Source: a virus
Length of the DNA stretch: 64,000 bases
Virus record (IMG/VR): IMGVR_UViG_3300025151_003852
Span: 1-64,000 of that record
Reading direction: 5' to 3' (one strand)
Shown in pieces: positions 8,829-17,005 of the stretch. Made by a program: the position numbers and the translations under genes. Positions within the stretch are counted from its first letter, which is position 1. Each line of letters opens with the position of its first letter. Under the pieces are notes generated by a model that was not told the DNA's origin, did not search any database, and saw only the letters and a program-made list of their open reading frames with translations.

Positions 8829-10610
8829 CTAGTTATGAAACTCCGTATCATCAAAGTTTGGACTCCATGTTAGTTTCATGTATGTCTCTCTATTGTGTTC
8901 TAGTATAGGCATCATCTGTTCATACATGTCATGTAGTTCTGTTATAGGCTTATCTAAAATTGATTTGATTAACTCTAATATCTTTTTCAAACGTTCACCG
9001 TGATCTTCTGTTTCATCATAACTCTCGTCCCAAAACTGATCAAACGTTTGATAACCAGACTCTTTAATATACTTTAATGTATATGGTGGTGCTAGTAATA
9101 TAAACGGCTTCATATATTGCATGGGTTGCAATACTTTTTCACTATAGTTCGCACATGATTGTGCGAATCTAGTTTCTGTTACGATATCTACAAACACATC
9201 TCTATAAAAGTTTGCTAACATAGTTTCTTTTGTATTATACAATGATGGTGTTTGCCCGTCTTTATATTCTGCAACCTTAGGCCAAATTGCTTCTTGTGAA
9301 TCAATTCCTATATCACTTGGTTTGTCTACAGTATAAGGTGCGTTTTCTTTACATACTAAATTATTATCTGTTAACTGTTGATAAACTTCAGGTGATGTTG
9401 TCATCCATTGATCAATATCAAAATATAAATTATCTTTTACAACATCAAGTGAATCACTAAAGTACCAACTCAAATAACCATTTTCTCCTGCTAAAAAGTT
9501 TGCTAAAATTTGACGATGTTTCGTAAATCTCCAGTTCAATGATATAAAATGTTTATTAAACTTATGCTTGTGAAAGTCTTCTTTGATTAACGCATTGAGT
9601 CCTACAATAGGACGTTGTGACATAAGATATAGGTCTTCACATTCTAAGTTTAGTATGTTAGCATAATGTGGATAAGATTCTTTGATTCCATATTCACCTG
9701 TCTTAACTGTGATCATTCCAGGCGCTATACCATTGCGATGTTGATAACGTTGGATAGAATCTAATTCTTTAGAACGCATTCTGCTCTTGTCTTCAGGAAA
9801 AGAAAACTCACTATAAAAACCTTGTGTAAATTCTTCTCCTTCATAATATGAACACATGGGCTCAAATAACCAGATAGTCAATCCCCATCTATTAATTTCA
9901 TCTGCGCCGTGTTGATCATGCTCAATCTCGTCAAGTTCTTCGATATAACCATTGTGCATGTATATCATGTCAAATTGTTGTTGATTGTTTTGTGGATTGA
10001 TTAGAGGCAAGATTGATGTCTGTACAAATGGATGCGACAGTTCTGGCTTTTCATGTTTGTTAGGCACGTTGAGAGGAAATAAATGTTCTAGTTGTCCTAC
10101 GTAAGATTCTTTACCTACTAACTGCACCATATACATTTTCTTTTTGCCTACATTTGCATATGATACTTTTGTCTCAGCCCAAAACTTAAACCAGTCTCCC
10201 TTCTTCCAATTAGTGTGAGGTATGCCATCGATTTCTAATAGATGACCCGGCTGCCAATCTTCTAACATCAAAATGCTAATCATTACATCATCAGGGTCTG
10301 CTTTATTTTCTATACAATAATCAGTAATCGAAGGAACATGAGGTGGAATAACATCATACTGACTTAATCTAATAAATTTAAGTCCTTGATCGAAAAGACC
10401 AAACACTCTTTCTATGTCTCTAGCCCATGCAGGTATAGTAGGTTCATTATATTCTTCTACTGTAAAATTGATTGCAGTATTTGTTAAGTATCCTTCTTTA
10501 TGATAAAGTGACACTCTTTCTGTAGACAACGTAGGGCGAGTGTAAGGTAAAAATCTATGTTCTTTGTGCCAAGTTACTCCAAAGTGACCTCTTTCGGTTT
10601 CAGTGTTAAT
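8829..10610 (-). CDS. Fusion: degenerate 2OG-Fe(II)/cupin-like N-terminal domain plus glycosyltransferase-like C-terminal domain (start uncertain)
   Basis: The N-terminus aligns by eye to the 14931 cupin (LEDWQPGH vs LHDQKKGH; ANVG vs ANLG). The C-terminus has DIVTET..SEKVLQP..KPFILL..GYQTFDQFWDESYD, shared with 20138 and 22456. Track start 10697 overlaps the upstream gene by about 90 nt; ATT at 10610 is proposed instead. Confidence 0.6.
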   Translation of the reverse strand: MNTETERGHFGVTWHKEHRFLPYTRPTLSTERVSLYHKEGYLTNTAINFTVEEYNEPTIPAWARDIERVFGLFDQGLKFIRLSQYDVIPPHVPSITDYCIENKADPDDVMISILMLEDWQPGHLLEIDGIPHTNWKKGDWFKFWAETKVSYANVGKKKMYMVQLVGKESYVGQLEHLFPLNVPNKHEKPELSHPFVQTSILPLINPQNNQQQFDMIYMHNGYIEELDEIEHDQHGADEINRWGLTIWLFEPMCSYYEGEEFTQGFYSEFSFPEDKSRMRSKELDSIQRYQHRNGIAPGMITVKTGEYGIKESYPHYANILNLECEDLYLMSQRPIVGLNALIKEDFHKHKFNKHFISLNWRFTKHRQILANFLAGENGYLSWYFSDSLDVVKDNLYFDIDQWMTTSPEVYQQLTDNNLVCKENAPYTVDKPSDIGIDSQEAIWPKVAEYKDGQTPSLYNTKETMLANFYRDVFVDIVTETRFAQSCANYSEKVLQPMQYMKPFILLAPPYTLKYIKESGYQTFDQFWDESYDETEDHGERLKKILELIKSILDKPITELHDMYEQMMPILEHNRETYMKLTWSPNFDDTEFHN

Positions 10611-11232
10611 GTTGCACCCCTTTATTAAAAATTTCGTATGTTGACAAGTTAGGGTAATCTTTGTATGACCATAGTTTGGGTACACGTGCAATTGCATCGT
10701 CTAATTTGTCTAAGCCTAACTGTGCTGTTTCAAATGTCATATGATAATGATATCCAAATCTTTTGATTTCTTGGTCTGCCCATGCGGCTTCTAATTCTGG
10801 CCTACCGTCATACCTTATCTGTCTTAAAATTTCTGCATCTTCTGCATTGTCTAAAAGTATCATACCGCCTTTACCCACACTCAAATGTTTTTTAAGTTGA
10901 AAACTTACACACATAATAGTTGATGGTATGTAAGAGTTTTGTCTCCACATAGTTGCGGCATCAAATACATTAGTATTGCCTATCTGATAATACTCTTGCC
11001 ACTTTTCAGAAGTAAAGTGCCATTCATAACCTAACTTTTCAAATGTCATAGGTATAGACAAGTATGTCCAATTAGGACATGTAACTTGATACTTTATTCC
11101 ACGATCACCTTCATCTATTAATCTTAATGCTAACTCAATGCCATGCGTACAGCAATCAACTGCTACTGCATAAGGTGATCCGAAATAGTTTGATACTCTT
11201 TCTTCTAATTGTAATATTGGATTCATCATCAT
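10606..11232 (-). CDS. Short DegT/DnrJ/EryC1/StrS-family PLP-dependent aminotransferase
   Basis: AVAVDCCTHGIELAL, TYLSIP, DAA, SFQLKKHLSVGKGG (PLP-Lys region), RYDGR, GYHYHM. Confidence 0.82.
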   Translation of the reverse strand: MMMNPILQLEERVSNYFGSPYAVAVDCCTHGIELALRLIDEGDRGIKYQVTCPNWTYLSIPMTFEKLGYEWHFTSEKWQEYYQIGNTNVFDAATMWRQNSYIPSTIMCVSFQLKKHLSVGKGGMILLDNAEDAEILRQIRYDGRPELEAAWADQEIKRFGYHYHMTFETAQLGLDKLDDAIARVPKLWSYKDYPNLSTYEIFNKGVQH

Positions 11233-13541
11233 GGTAATAATTTAGGGTCAAGTTTTGGTTTGCCTTGTTGTGGTTTCTTTTTAAGAATAGAATCTAATGT
11301 TATTGCTTGTTCCATTTCTGCTTTTTGTGGCATGTCTAAATCTTTAGATGAATCTCGTCTTTCTGCTTTTTCTGCTAGTGTGACTTTATACTGATCTAAA
11401 TCTTCCCAATCACCTGTTCCTTGCCAATTTAATTCAAATGAGAAATCAATACTTGCATTTAATTCTTCTTCTTCACGTAATAAGTCAGTAAAGTCTTGTC
11501 CTGATCTACCTTCATTTACGTCCCATTCTGCTTTTGCTAGTTTTCTTGCACGTTTAGCAGTGTTTGCTTGTATACGTGAATAGTCTTGTGCATAGAACGG
11601 ACCCTTTCTGCCTTCTGGGGGCGGCTCTCTATCATCGTATGGATTATCAATTTGATCAAACTTCATTTTAAAATCTGCTGTCCATTGACCTGCATGATCG
11701 ATTTTAAAATTGTATTCAGCATTAAACATACCCGGTCCATACTGAGTGCCGAACTCTTTTAAATCTATCTCTGGATTAAATCTAATGTTTGCTGTGTAAC
11801 CACCTCTTGCTCTCCAAAGATTTCTTAAGAAAGGCCAAATCTCATTAACAAGATGATTGGCAAAAACATTATAGTTACCATTTTTATCTTTAATATTTTC
11901 TTTAATAATGTGATAGTCAAAGTCTTCTTCGTATTCTAATGACCCTTGAAATTCTTCATCGTCTAATATAATATGATAATGTTCTTTCTTTAACGCATCT
12001 CTAATAGGATATGTAATAGGAACTTCTGTACAGTTTTGAAAAAAGTCTAACCACATATGAATAAGTTTAACTCTCATCATTACATGTGTGCCGCCCATCT
12101 TAAAGTCATTTGATATCCAATGACCTTGATACTTGTGCCACGACACATTGTATGCATGTGGATTTTGTCCTACGATTGTTTCAGGACCTAAGCCGTAACC
12201 AACACCTAGACCCATGTTGTTAATGTTATTGTTTCTGTTACGCCACATAAATGTCATAGTGTCTGAGTAGTCTTGGTAGTCTTCTGTAGGGAATGCTACG
12301 ATCCAGTTTGTTGCTCCCCATATACCTACTTTCTTACAGTCAATAAAGTTTTGTTCCATTGCTTCGACAGTTACGCCTTTATGCATATCATCTAATACTT
12401 TTTGTGAGCCTGACTCACAACCAAAGTTAAACATAATACACCCGCCGTCGGCTAAGTCTTGTAGATATTCTAAGTCCATACGTTTATCACAACGAGCATA
12501 ACCAGTCCATTTAACTTTTAATTCTTTTGCTTTACATGCAAGTGCAAAGGCACGCAATTCTTTAATGTTACCATTGATCAACGAGTCAATAAACCAAATA
12601 ACATCTGTGCCTTTATTATAATATAACCATTCGATTTCGTCAATCAAATCTACTGCTTGTCTTTGACGATATCTCCAAAAGTGTGTCTCCTCACAGAACG
12701 TACACTTTGCAGTACAGCCTCGACTAAACTCTGAGTTGACTCCGTTAGGTACGTCATACAAACTAAAATCAATCGATTCGTAGTCTGGCATTGGTAAATT
12801 GTTAATGTTGATTCTTTCACTTTCTTCTTGGTCTAATATTTTAGGGCCATCATGTTCGACACCTTCTTCGATTTCTTCTAACATGACTAAAAGATTCTTT
12901 TCCCCTTCTCCGATGACAACGTAGTCATAATAGTCTTCAATAGCAAACCAACTTTTATGTACATTTGGTCCACCTACTGAAATTTTAATACTTGGATCAC
13001 GTTTCTTAATTTCTTGCATCATATACTTACTAGGTTCTTCTGAGATATAATACAATGAGAAGCCTACAACATTAGGTTTCATTTCTAATATTCTTTCAAT
13101 CTGCTCATCTAACAGAGGTTTTAAAATAGGATGAATATCAGTAGTGTAAGTAGGAGGCAGCCAATGCCAAGATGACGATGGATCCCAAAGTCTGAACGGA
13201 AGTTTCTCGTTTGGCTGCCAATCTTTTCTATATTCCTGATACGCCATTGCGTTCAAGTCTATAATAGTTGTTTCATAACCTGCGGCTTTAGCAATACCTG
13301 ATAGTCTTGCTAATGAAAATGGTGGCATGTACGGAGACCATTCAGGACACAGTACTAATACCATAGTAGTTTCACGTGTTTTATAGTCTACGTAAACTGG
13401 AGTTAAATTCTTTTGTTGTACTGGTTTAGCATATTCAGAAATAGCCATCATCATGTCATGGTGTCTTGCATCTCCCACATCTGACGGCGGCTTAGGCTTT
13501 GGTTCATTTTTTCTTGCTAATGACTGTAGTGTAAAATCCAT
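11229..13541 (-). CDS. Cobalamin-binding radical SAM protein with long C-terminal extension
   Basis: PPFSLARL..IDLN..VVGFS..VGGP (B12-binding), SRGCTAKCTFC, FIDS, FGCESGSQKVLDDMHKG. Start moved to ATG 13541, which has GGGAG and TAAATA upstream. Confidence 0.88.
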   Translation of the reverse strand: MDFTLQSLARKNEPKPKPPSDVGDARHHDMMMAISEYAKPVQQKNLTPVYVDYKTRETTMVLVLCPEWSPYMPPFSLARLSGIAKAAGYETTIIDLNAMAYQEYRKDWQPNEKLPFRLWDPSSSWHWLPPTYTTDIHPILKPLLDEQIERILEMKPNVVGFSLYYISEEPSKYMMQEIKKRDPSIKISVGGPNVHKSWFAIEDYYDYVVIGEGEKNLLVMLEEIEEGVEHDGPKILDQEESERININNLPMPDYESIDFSLYDVPNGVNSEFSRGCTAKCTFCEETHFWRYRQRQAVDLIDEIEWLYYNKGTDVIWFIDSLINGNIKELRAFALACKAKELKVKWTGYARCDKRMDLEYLQDLADGGCIMFNFGCESGSQKVLDDMHKGVTVEAMEQNFIDCKKVGIWGATNWIVAFPTEDYQDYSDTMTFMWRNRNNNINNMGLGVGYGLGPETIVGQNPHAYNVSWHKYQGHWISNDFKMGGTHVMMRVKLIHMWLDFFQNCTEVPITYPIRDALKKEHYHIILDDEEFQGSLEYEEDFDYHIIKENIKDKNGNYNVFANHLVNEIWPFLRNLWRARGGYTANIRFNPEIDLKEFGTQYGPGMFNAEYNFKIDHAGQWTADFKMKFDQIDNPYDDREPPPEGRKGPFYAQDYSRIQANTAKRARKLAKAEWDVNEGRSGQDFTDLLREEEELNASIDFSFELNWQGTGDWEDLDQYKVTLAEKAERRDSSKDLDMPQKAEMEQAITLDSILKKKPQQGKPKLDPKLLP

Positions 13542-13570
13542 ACGTTGCTTATGTACTCCCGTTACATGTA

Positions 13571-13630
13571 TATTTAACAAAATTTCACACCTGCAATATT
13601 TTTAACGACTGTCCTTTTCTATACTAAATA
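13571..13630. promoter_or_regulatory. Divergent pair of late-promoter-like TAAATA motifs (minus 13571-13576; plus 13625-13630)
   Basis: Each motif points toward an SD sequence (GGGAG / AGGAG) and ATG of the divergent genes at 13541 and 13654. Confidence 0.65.
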
Positions 13631-13653
13631 TTAACATAGGAGTAGATAATAGT

Positions 13654-14616
13654 ATGTACAGCAAAAATGAATGGGGTAAGTTAAAGAAGGTAGTCGTAGG
13701 TATTGCAGACAATGCACGTATACCTGAAGTAGATACCAGCCTTCGACATATCAATTATGCTGACGTAAAAGATGAACTAGACATTCCTACAGGGAAGTAC
13801 CCCCAAATAGTCGTTGATGAAGCAAATGAAGATTTAGAAACATTTGCTGACTTTTTGAGAAACGAAGGCGCGGAAGTAGTTAGGCCTGACATCACAGAGT
13901 GTAATTACTACAACTATTGTCCGCGGGATTCCGTTATTGTTTATAAAGATAAGGCTATTGCTACTCCTATGCCTCTCAGGGCTAGACGTAATGAGTACCA
14001 AGCATATGAACGTCACTTAGAAAACGTTCATCCATATGATATTATACGCAGTGATGATCTTTACAACACAGGATGTTTGGGAGATCCTGATGTGTTAGCA
14101 TTGACAGAAGCAGAACCAGCATTTGATGCCGCTAATGTGTTACGTGCTAACGATGATTTGTTATACTTAGTTTCTAACTCTGGTAACAAATCTGGCGCAA
14201 GTTTACTACAAAGCATTGTTGATGGCAAAGTACATACAGTAGAGGGTATCTACAGTTATATGCACTTAGACTCAACTGTGTGCTTTCTCAGAGACGGTTT
14301 GATGCTACTTAACCCTAGCAGAGTCAAAGACGTTAATCAATTACCAGAACCATTTAGACATTGGGATTACATAATGTGTCCAGATCCTGTACCAATTGGA
14401 CATTATCAAAACTATCGTAATTCATCAAACTGGGTAAGCATGAACTTGTTCTCAGTTAATTCAAACTTAGTTGCACTAGAAGAAAGACAAGAACCTCTTA
14501 GAAAAGAATTAGAAAAACACGGCATTGAGTGTGCTATGTTACCTATGAGACATGCAATTACATTGGGCGGATGTTTTCATTGTGTAACTAACGACTTAAT
14601 ACGTGAAGATGACTGA
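13654..14616 (+). CDS. Amidinotransferase (inosamine-phosphate StrB1 / glycine amidinotransferase family)
   Basis: S.NEWG.LK.VVVG, NYCPRD, FDAAN, SGN..G, HLDST, LGGCFHCVTNDL (catalytic Asp/His/Cys of the pentein fold). AGGAG SD. Confidence 0.9.
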   Translation: MYSKNEWGKLKKVVVGIADNARIPEVDTSLRHINYADVKDELDIPTGKYPQIVVDEANEDLETFADFLRNEGAEVVRPDITECNYYNYCPRDSVIVYKDKAIATPMPLRARRNEYQAYERHLENVHPYDIIRSDDLYNTGCLGDPDVLALTEAEPAFDAANVLRANDDLLYLVSNSGNKSGASLLQSIVDGKVHTVEGIYSYMHLDSTVCFLRDGLMLLNPSRVKDVNQLPEPFRHWDYIMCPDPVPIGHYQNYRNSSNWVSMNLFSVNSNLVALEERQEPLRKELEKHGIECAMLPMRHAITLGGCFHCVTNDLIREDD

Positions 14617-14773
14617 TTGGATATTTAATAAACTCGCACCTTATGCTATAAGATTTAGAGAATGGTCTAAGGGAAAAATTTGGGTGCAAATACCTTTATT
14701 CATTTTAATATTATGGATGCTTGGGTTTGCAAACCCTTATTGGTGTGTATACCCAGTATGTTGGATACAATAA
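14609..14773 (+). CDS. Small membrane protein, 54 aa
   Basis: Hand-translated MTDWIFNKLAPYAIRFREWSKGKIWVQIPLFILILWMLGFANPYWCVYPVCWIQ. Overlaps the upstream stop, has one hydrophobic segment and a CxxxxC tail. Confidence 0.65.
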   Translation: MTDWIFNKLAPYAIRFREWSKGKIWVQIPLFILILWMLGFANPYWCVYPVCWIQ

Positions 14774-14775
14774 AG

Positions 14776-14931
14776 ATGAATAGATTATCAGACAAAGTTT
14801 TATTTGCAATGGTTATTTTTGTAATGGTAGTTGGTATATGGGATATGTCTCGTACGGAACAAATTGAACCTATTATAGAATATATAGATTATCCGTCACA
14901 TATACCAGAGTATATTAAACAGATTGCATAA
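14776..14931 (+). CDS. Small membrane protein, 51 aa
   Basis: MNRLSDKVLFAMVIFVMVVGIWDM...; the 3' part of track ORF 14680..14931. TAATG coupling to the next gene. Confidence 0.6.
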   Translation: MNRLSDKVLFAMVIFVMVVGIWDMSRTEQIEPIIEYIDYPSHIPEYIKQIA

Positions 14932-15515
14932 TGATTAAAGGTAAAGTAGAAGTTACATGGACTGAAGAAGATTATATGAATCTTCCTTGGTTTACAAATG
15001 ACGTACATGAAGAAAAGTTTAATGCAACTGTAGCAACTAAAGGCTATGATGTAGGTGTTTCTATGTGTTTTGAAGACTTGCCAGAAGTGTTCCATAAAGT
15101 TGTAGAGCAGTTTGACTTTTTAGATAATATAGTCATCGCAATTAACAAATTAAAAGTAGGTAAAATTTTACCATTCCATACTGACAGATTCATGTCATAC
15201 AAACAACGAAACAATATCAGTGATAATCAACCAATTGAACGTGTGATTGTATTCTTACATGATCAAAAGAAAGGTCATCAATTGTGGATAGAAGATCAAA
15301 TATGTACAGGTCCTGCAGGTTCATACTTTGGTTGGGAACAGAATACTGAACATATGGCCGCAAACTTAGGTGATGAAGATAGATATATTATGCAAGTCAC
15401 AGGTATTACTAAAAATCGTGTAAAAGAACCACAGCATCCTGCTGAGGGAGAAGCCTCTTTAAACTCTTATGGCGATGTTGTTATATATCGTAACGGTATT
15501 TGGAAAAGACCTTAG
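14931..15515 (+). CDS. 2OG-Fe(II) oxygenase-like cupin (Asp/Asn beta-hydroxylase-like)
   Basis: ILPFHTD (HxD), distal H in EHMAANLG, followed by RYIMQVTG. Confidence 0.72.
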   Translation: MIKGKVEVTWTEEDYMNLPWFTNDVHEEKFNATVATKGYDVGVSMCFEDLPEVFHKVVEQFDFLDNIVIAINKLKVGKILPFHTDRFMSYKQRNNISDNQPIERVIVFLHDQKKGHQLWIEDQICTGPAGSYFGWEQNTEHMAANLGDEDRYIMQVTGITKNRVKEPQHPAEGEASLNSYGDVVIYRNGIWKRP

Positions 15516-15712
15516 GCTTGTTTATCTAACATTCCTAGTTCTTTTTGTAGTCTTTCTATTTCTCGTTTAAGATGTAATTTATCGAATTTTTCTTTTTGAA
15601 TGATGGAATCATCAACTCGGTTTTTGTAATCGTCTGAAACTTGTTTATCTAATGCTCTGTGTCTGTCCATTAACGTTGCTAGTCGATTACGTAGTGATTC
15701 TTTTGAACTCAT
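15512..15712 (-). CDS. DUF465/YdcH-like small coiled-coil protein
   Basis: L..LMDRHRALDKQV...KLHLKREIERL pattern. Strong AAGGAGG SD. Confidence 0.7.
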   Translation of the reverse strand: MSSKESLRNRLATLMDRHRALDKQVSDDYKNRVDDSIIQKEKFDKLHLKREIERLQKELGMLDKQA

Positions 15713-15755
15713 CGTTGGGGTTCCTCCTTATTTGTGAACTATTAATATATAATAA

Positions 15756-15761
15756 TACTTA
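15756..15761 (-). promoter_or_regulatory. Candidate late promoter variant TAAGTA
   Basis: Lies in the AT-rich intergenic gap upstream of the DUF465-like gene. Confidence 0.4.
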
Positions 15762-15765
15762 GTAG

Positions 15766-16650
15766 TTAAGGAGTGCGTAAAATAGTTTTCTTCTTTGCAA
15801 TGTCTGCAACAATGTATTCACCTATCTGCTGATGTCCACGAACAGAAGGATGAGGGTCGTTAGGCGCTCCGCCTATACGTTCATAATTATATCGATGACA
15901 TCTAGTTTGAAAGCCTTCAGGATCATCTTCTAACATTGGAAATCGATCATATATGTAATCTTGTATTTCTTGAGGCATTGCGGCAACATATTGATTAAAG
16001 TACCAGTAATAACATTCAATTCCTTTACTAGTCAAAAAATCATACAAGAATCCCATATGAAATAACCAAGTATACATTCCCTCTTGGTCAGTGTAAGTTT
16101 CATATCTGCTTAGACCTCGTTTTATTACATGTGGATCATTATGATTTTCACCAAAAGATATAAGACCGTGAGGGTTTACCTTTGCCCATCGATCTAAATT
16201 ATGTAAAACATCATAGTTGTTATCATTTATAATCTGCTCTCCCCAAATATCTTCTCTCCTCATGGGCGACACTTGATATCTTTTTTGATGCCCTTGTCTA
16301 TGAGTTAATGATTCTTCTTCTGTAGGAACATAATATTCATATCTGTCTTCACATGACCATTGAATAATAACCGTAGTGTTTTTTAAAGTTTCTTCGTCTT
16401 GTTCATTGACCCAATCAAATGTAGTTCTGCATATACGTTGATTGCTTCCGCAACCTTCAGCAAGATTTACACATCTATCAAAGTTCATTAGTTTTTTTAC
16501 GTGAGCAGGCCAAACAATGTTATCATGTAGATAGTCTAGGTGTTCTTTAGTTCCCGGTTCATGAGGAAGATTAAATTGATTCTTTCTGCTAGGTCTATCT
16601 AATCCACCGCCGTATGTCCAACTGCAACCATTAACGAATAGAGTTTTCAT
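15766..16650 (-). CDS. SGNH/GDSL-like protein
   Basis: NGCSWTYGGG, WPAHV, NLAEGCGSNQRI.R, IQWS..DRYE, DPHPSVRGHQQI. Confidence 0.65.
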   Translation of the reverse strand: MKTLFVNGCSWTYGGGLDRPSRKNQFNLPHEPGTKEHLDYLHDNIVWPAHVKKLMNFDRCVNLAEGCGSNQRICRTTFDWVNEQDEETLKNTTVIIQWSCEDRYEYYVPTEEESLTHRQGHQKRYQVSPMRREDIWGEQIINDNNYDVLHNLDRWAKVNPHGLISFGENHNDPHVIKRGLSRYETYTDQEGMYTWLFHMGFLYDFLTSKGIECYYWYFNQYVAAMPQEIQDYIYDRFPMLEDDPEGFQTRCHRYNYERIGGAPNDPHPSVRGHQQIGEYIVADIAKKKTILRTP

Positions 16651-17005
16651 ATAATGCCTGTGCCTCTGGTTTTAATATTATTCCAAACATGTCTTCAAAG
16701 TATGATTGTGCATATAAAAATCCACCTTTGTCATAAAAGTCAGTATTGAATTCAAACACAACTAACGGATCAAAGTCAGGTTTATCTACATTGTGAGGTA
16801 AAATAAAAACACTGTCTTTTCGTAAATCTTCTGGTATAGAATCAAAGTCATCACTGCAAACGATAAGTGTCTTATCAGCAGATTCAACTATATCTCTGTT
16901 TAACTCTGCTACAGTCTGATGATCATTCATTACGTCCTCATCATATTCTAACATATATGTTAATTCAATTGGAAGTTTTATCAAATATATTCTTTTTGTA
17001 ATCAT
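16631..17005 (-). CDS. Hypothetical acidic protein
   Basis: ORF coupled to the upstream radical SAM gene by an ATGA overlap at 17002-17005. Confidence 0.6.
   Translation of the reverse strand: MITKRIYLIKLPIELTYMLEYDEDVMNDHQTVAELNRDIVESADKTLIVCSDDFDSIPEDLRKDSVFILPHNVDKPDFDPLVVFEFNTDFYDKGGFLYAQSYFEDMFGIILKPEAQALYENSIR

Noticed and set aside
5526-14616. Bona fide saxitoxin or streptomycin gene cluster
   Set aside because: Only shared enzyme families are present. There is no SxtA-like PKS, cyclitol synthase or resistance/export gene, and the context is a phage tail module.
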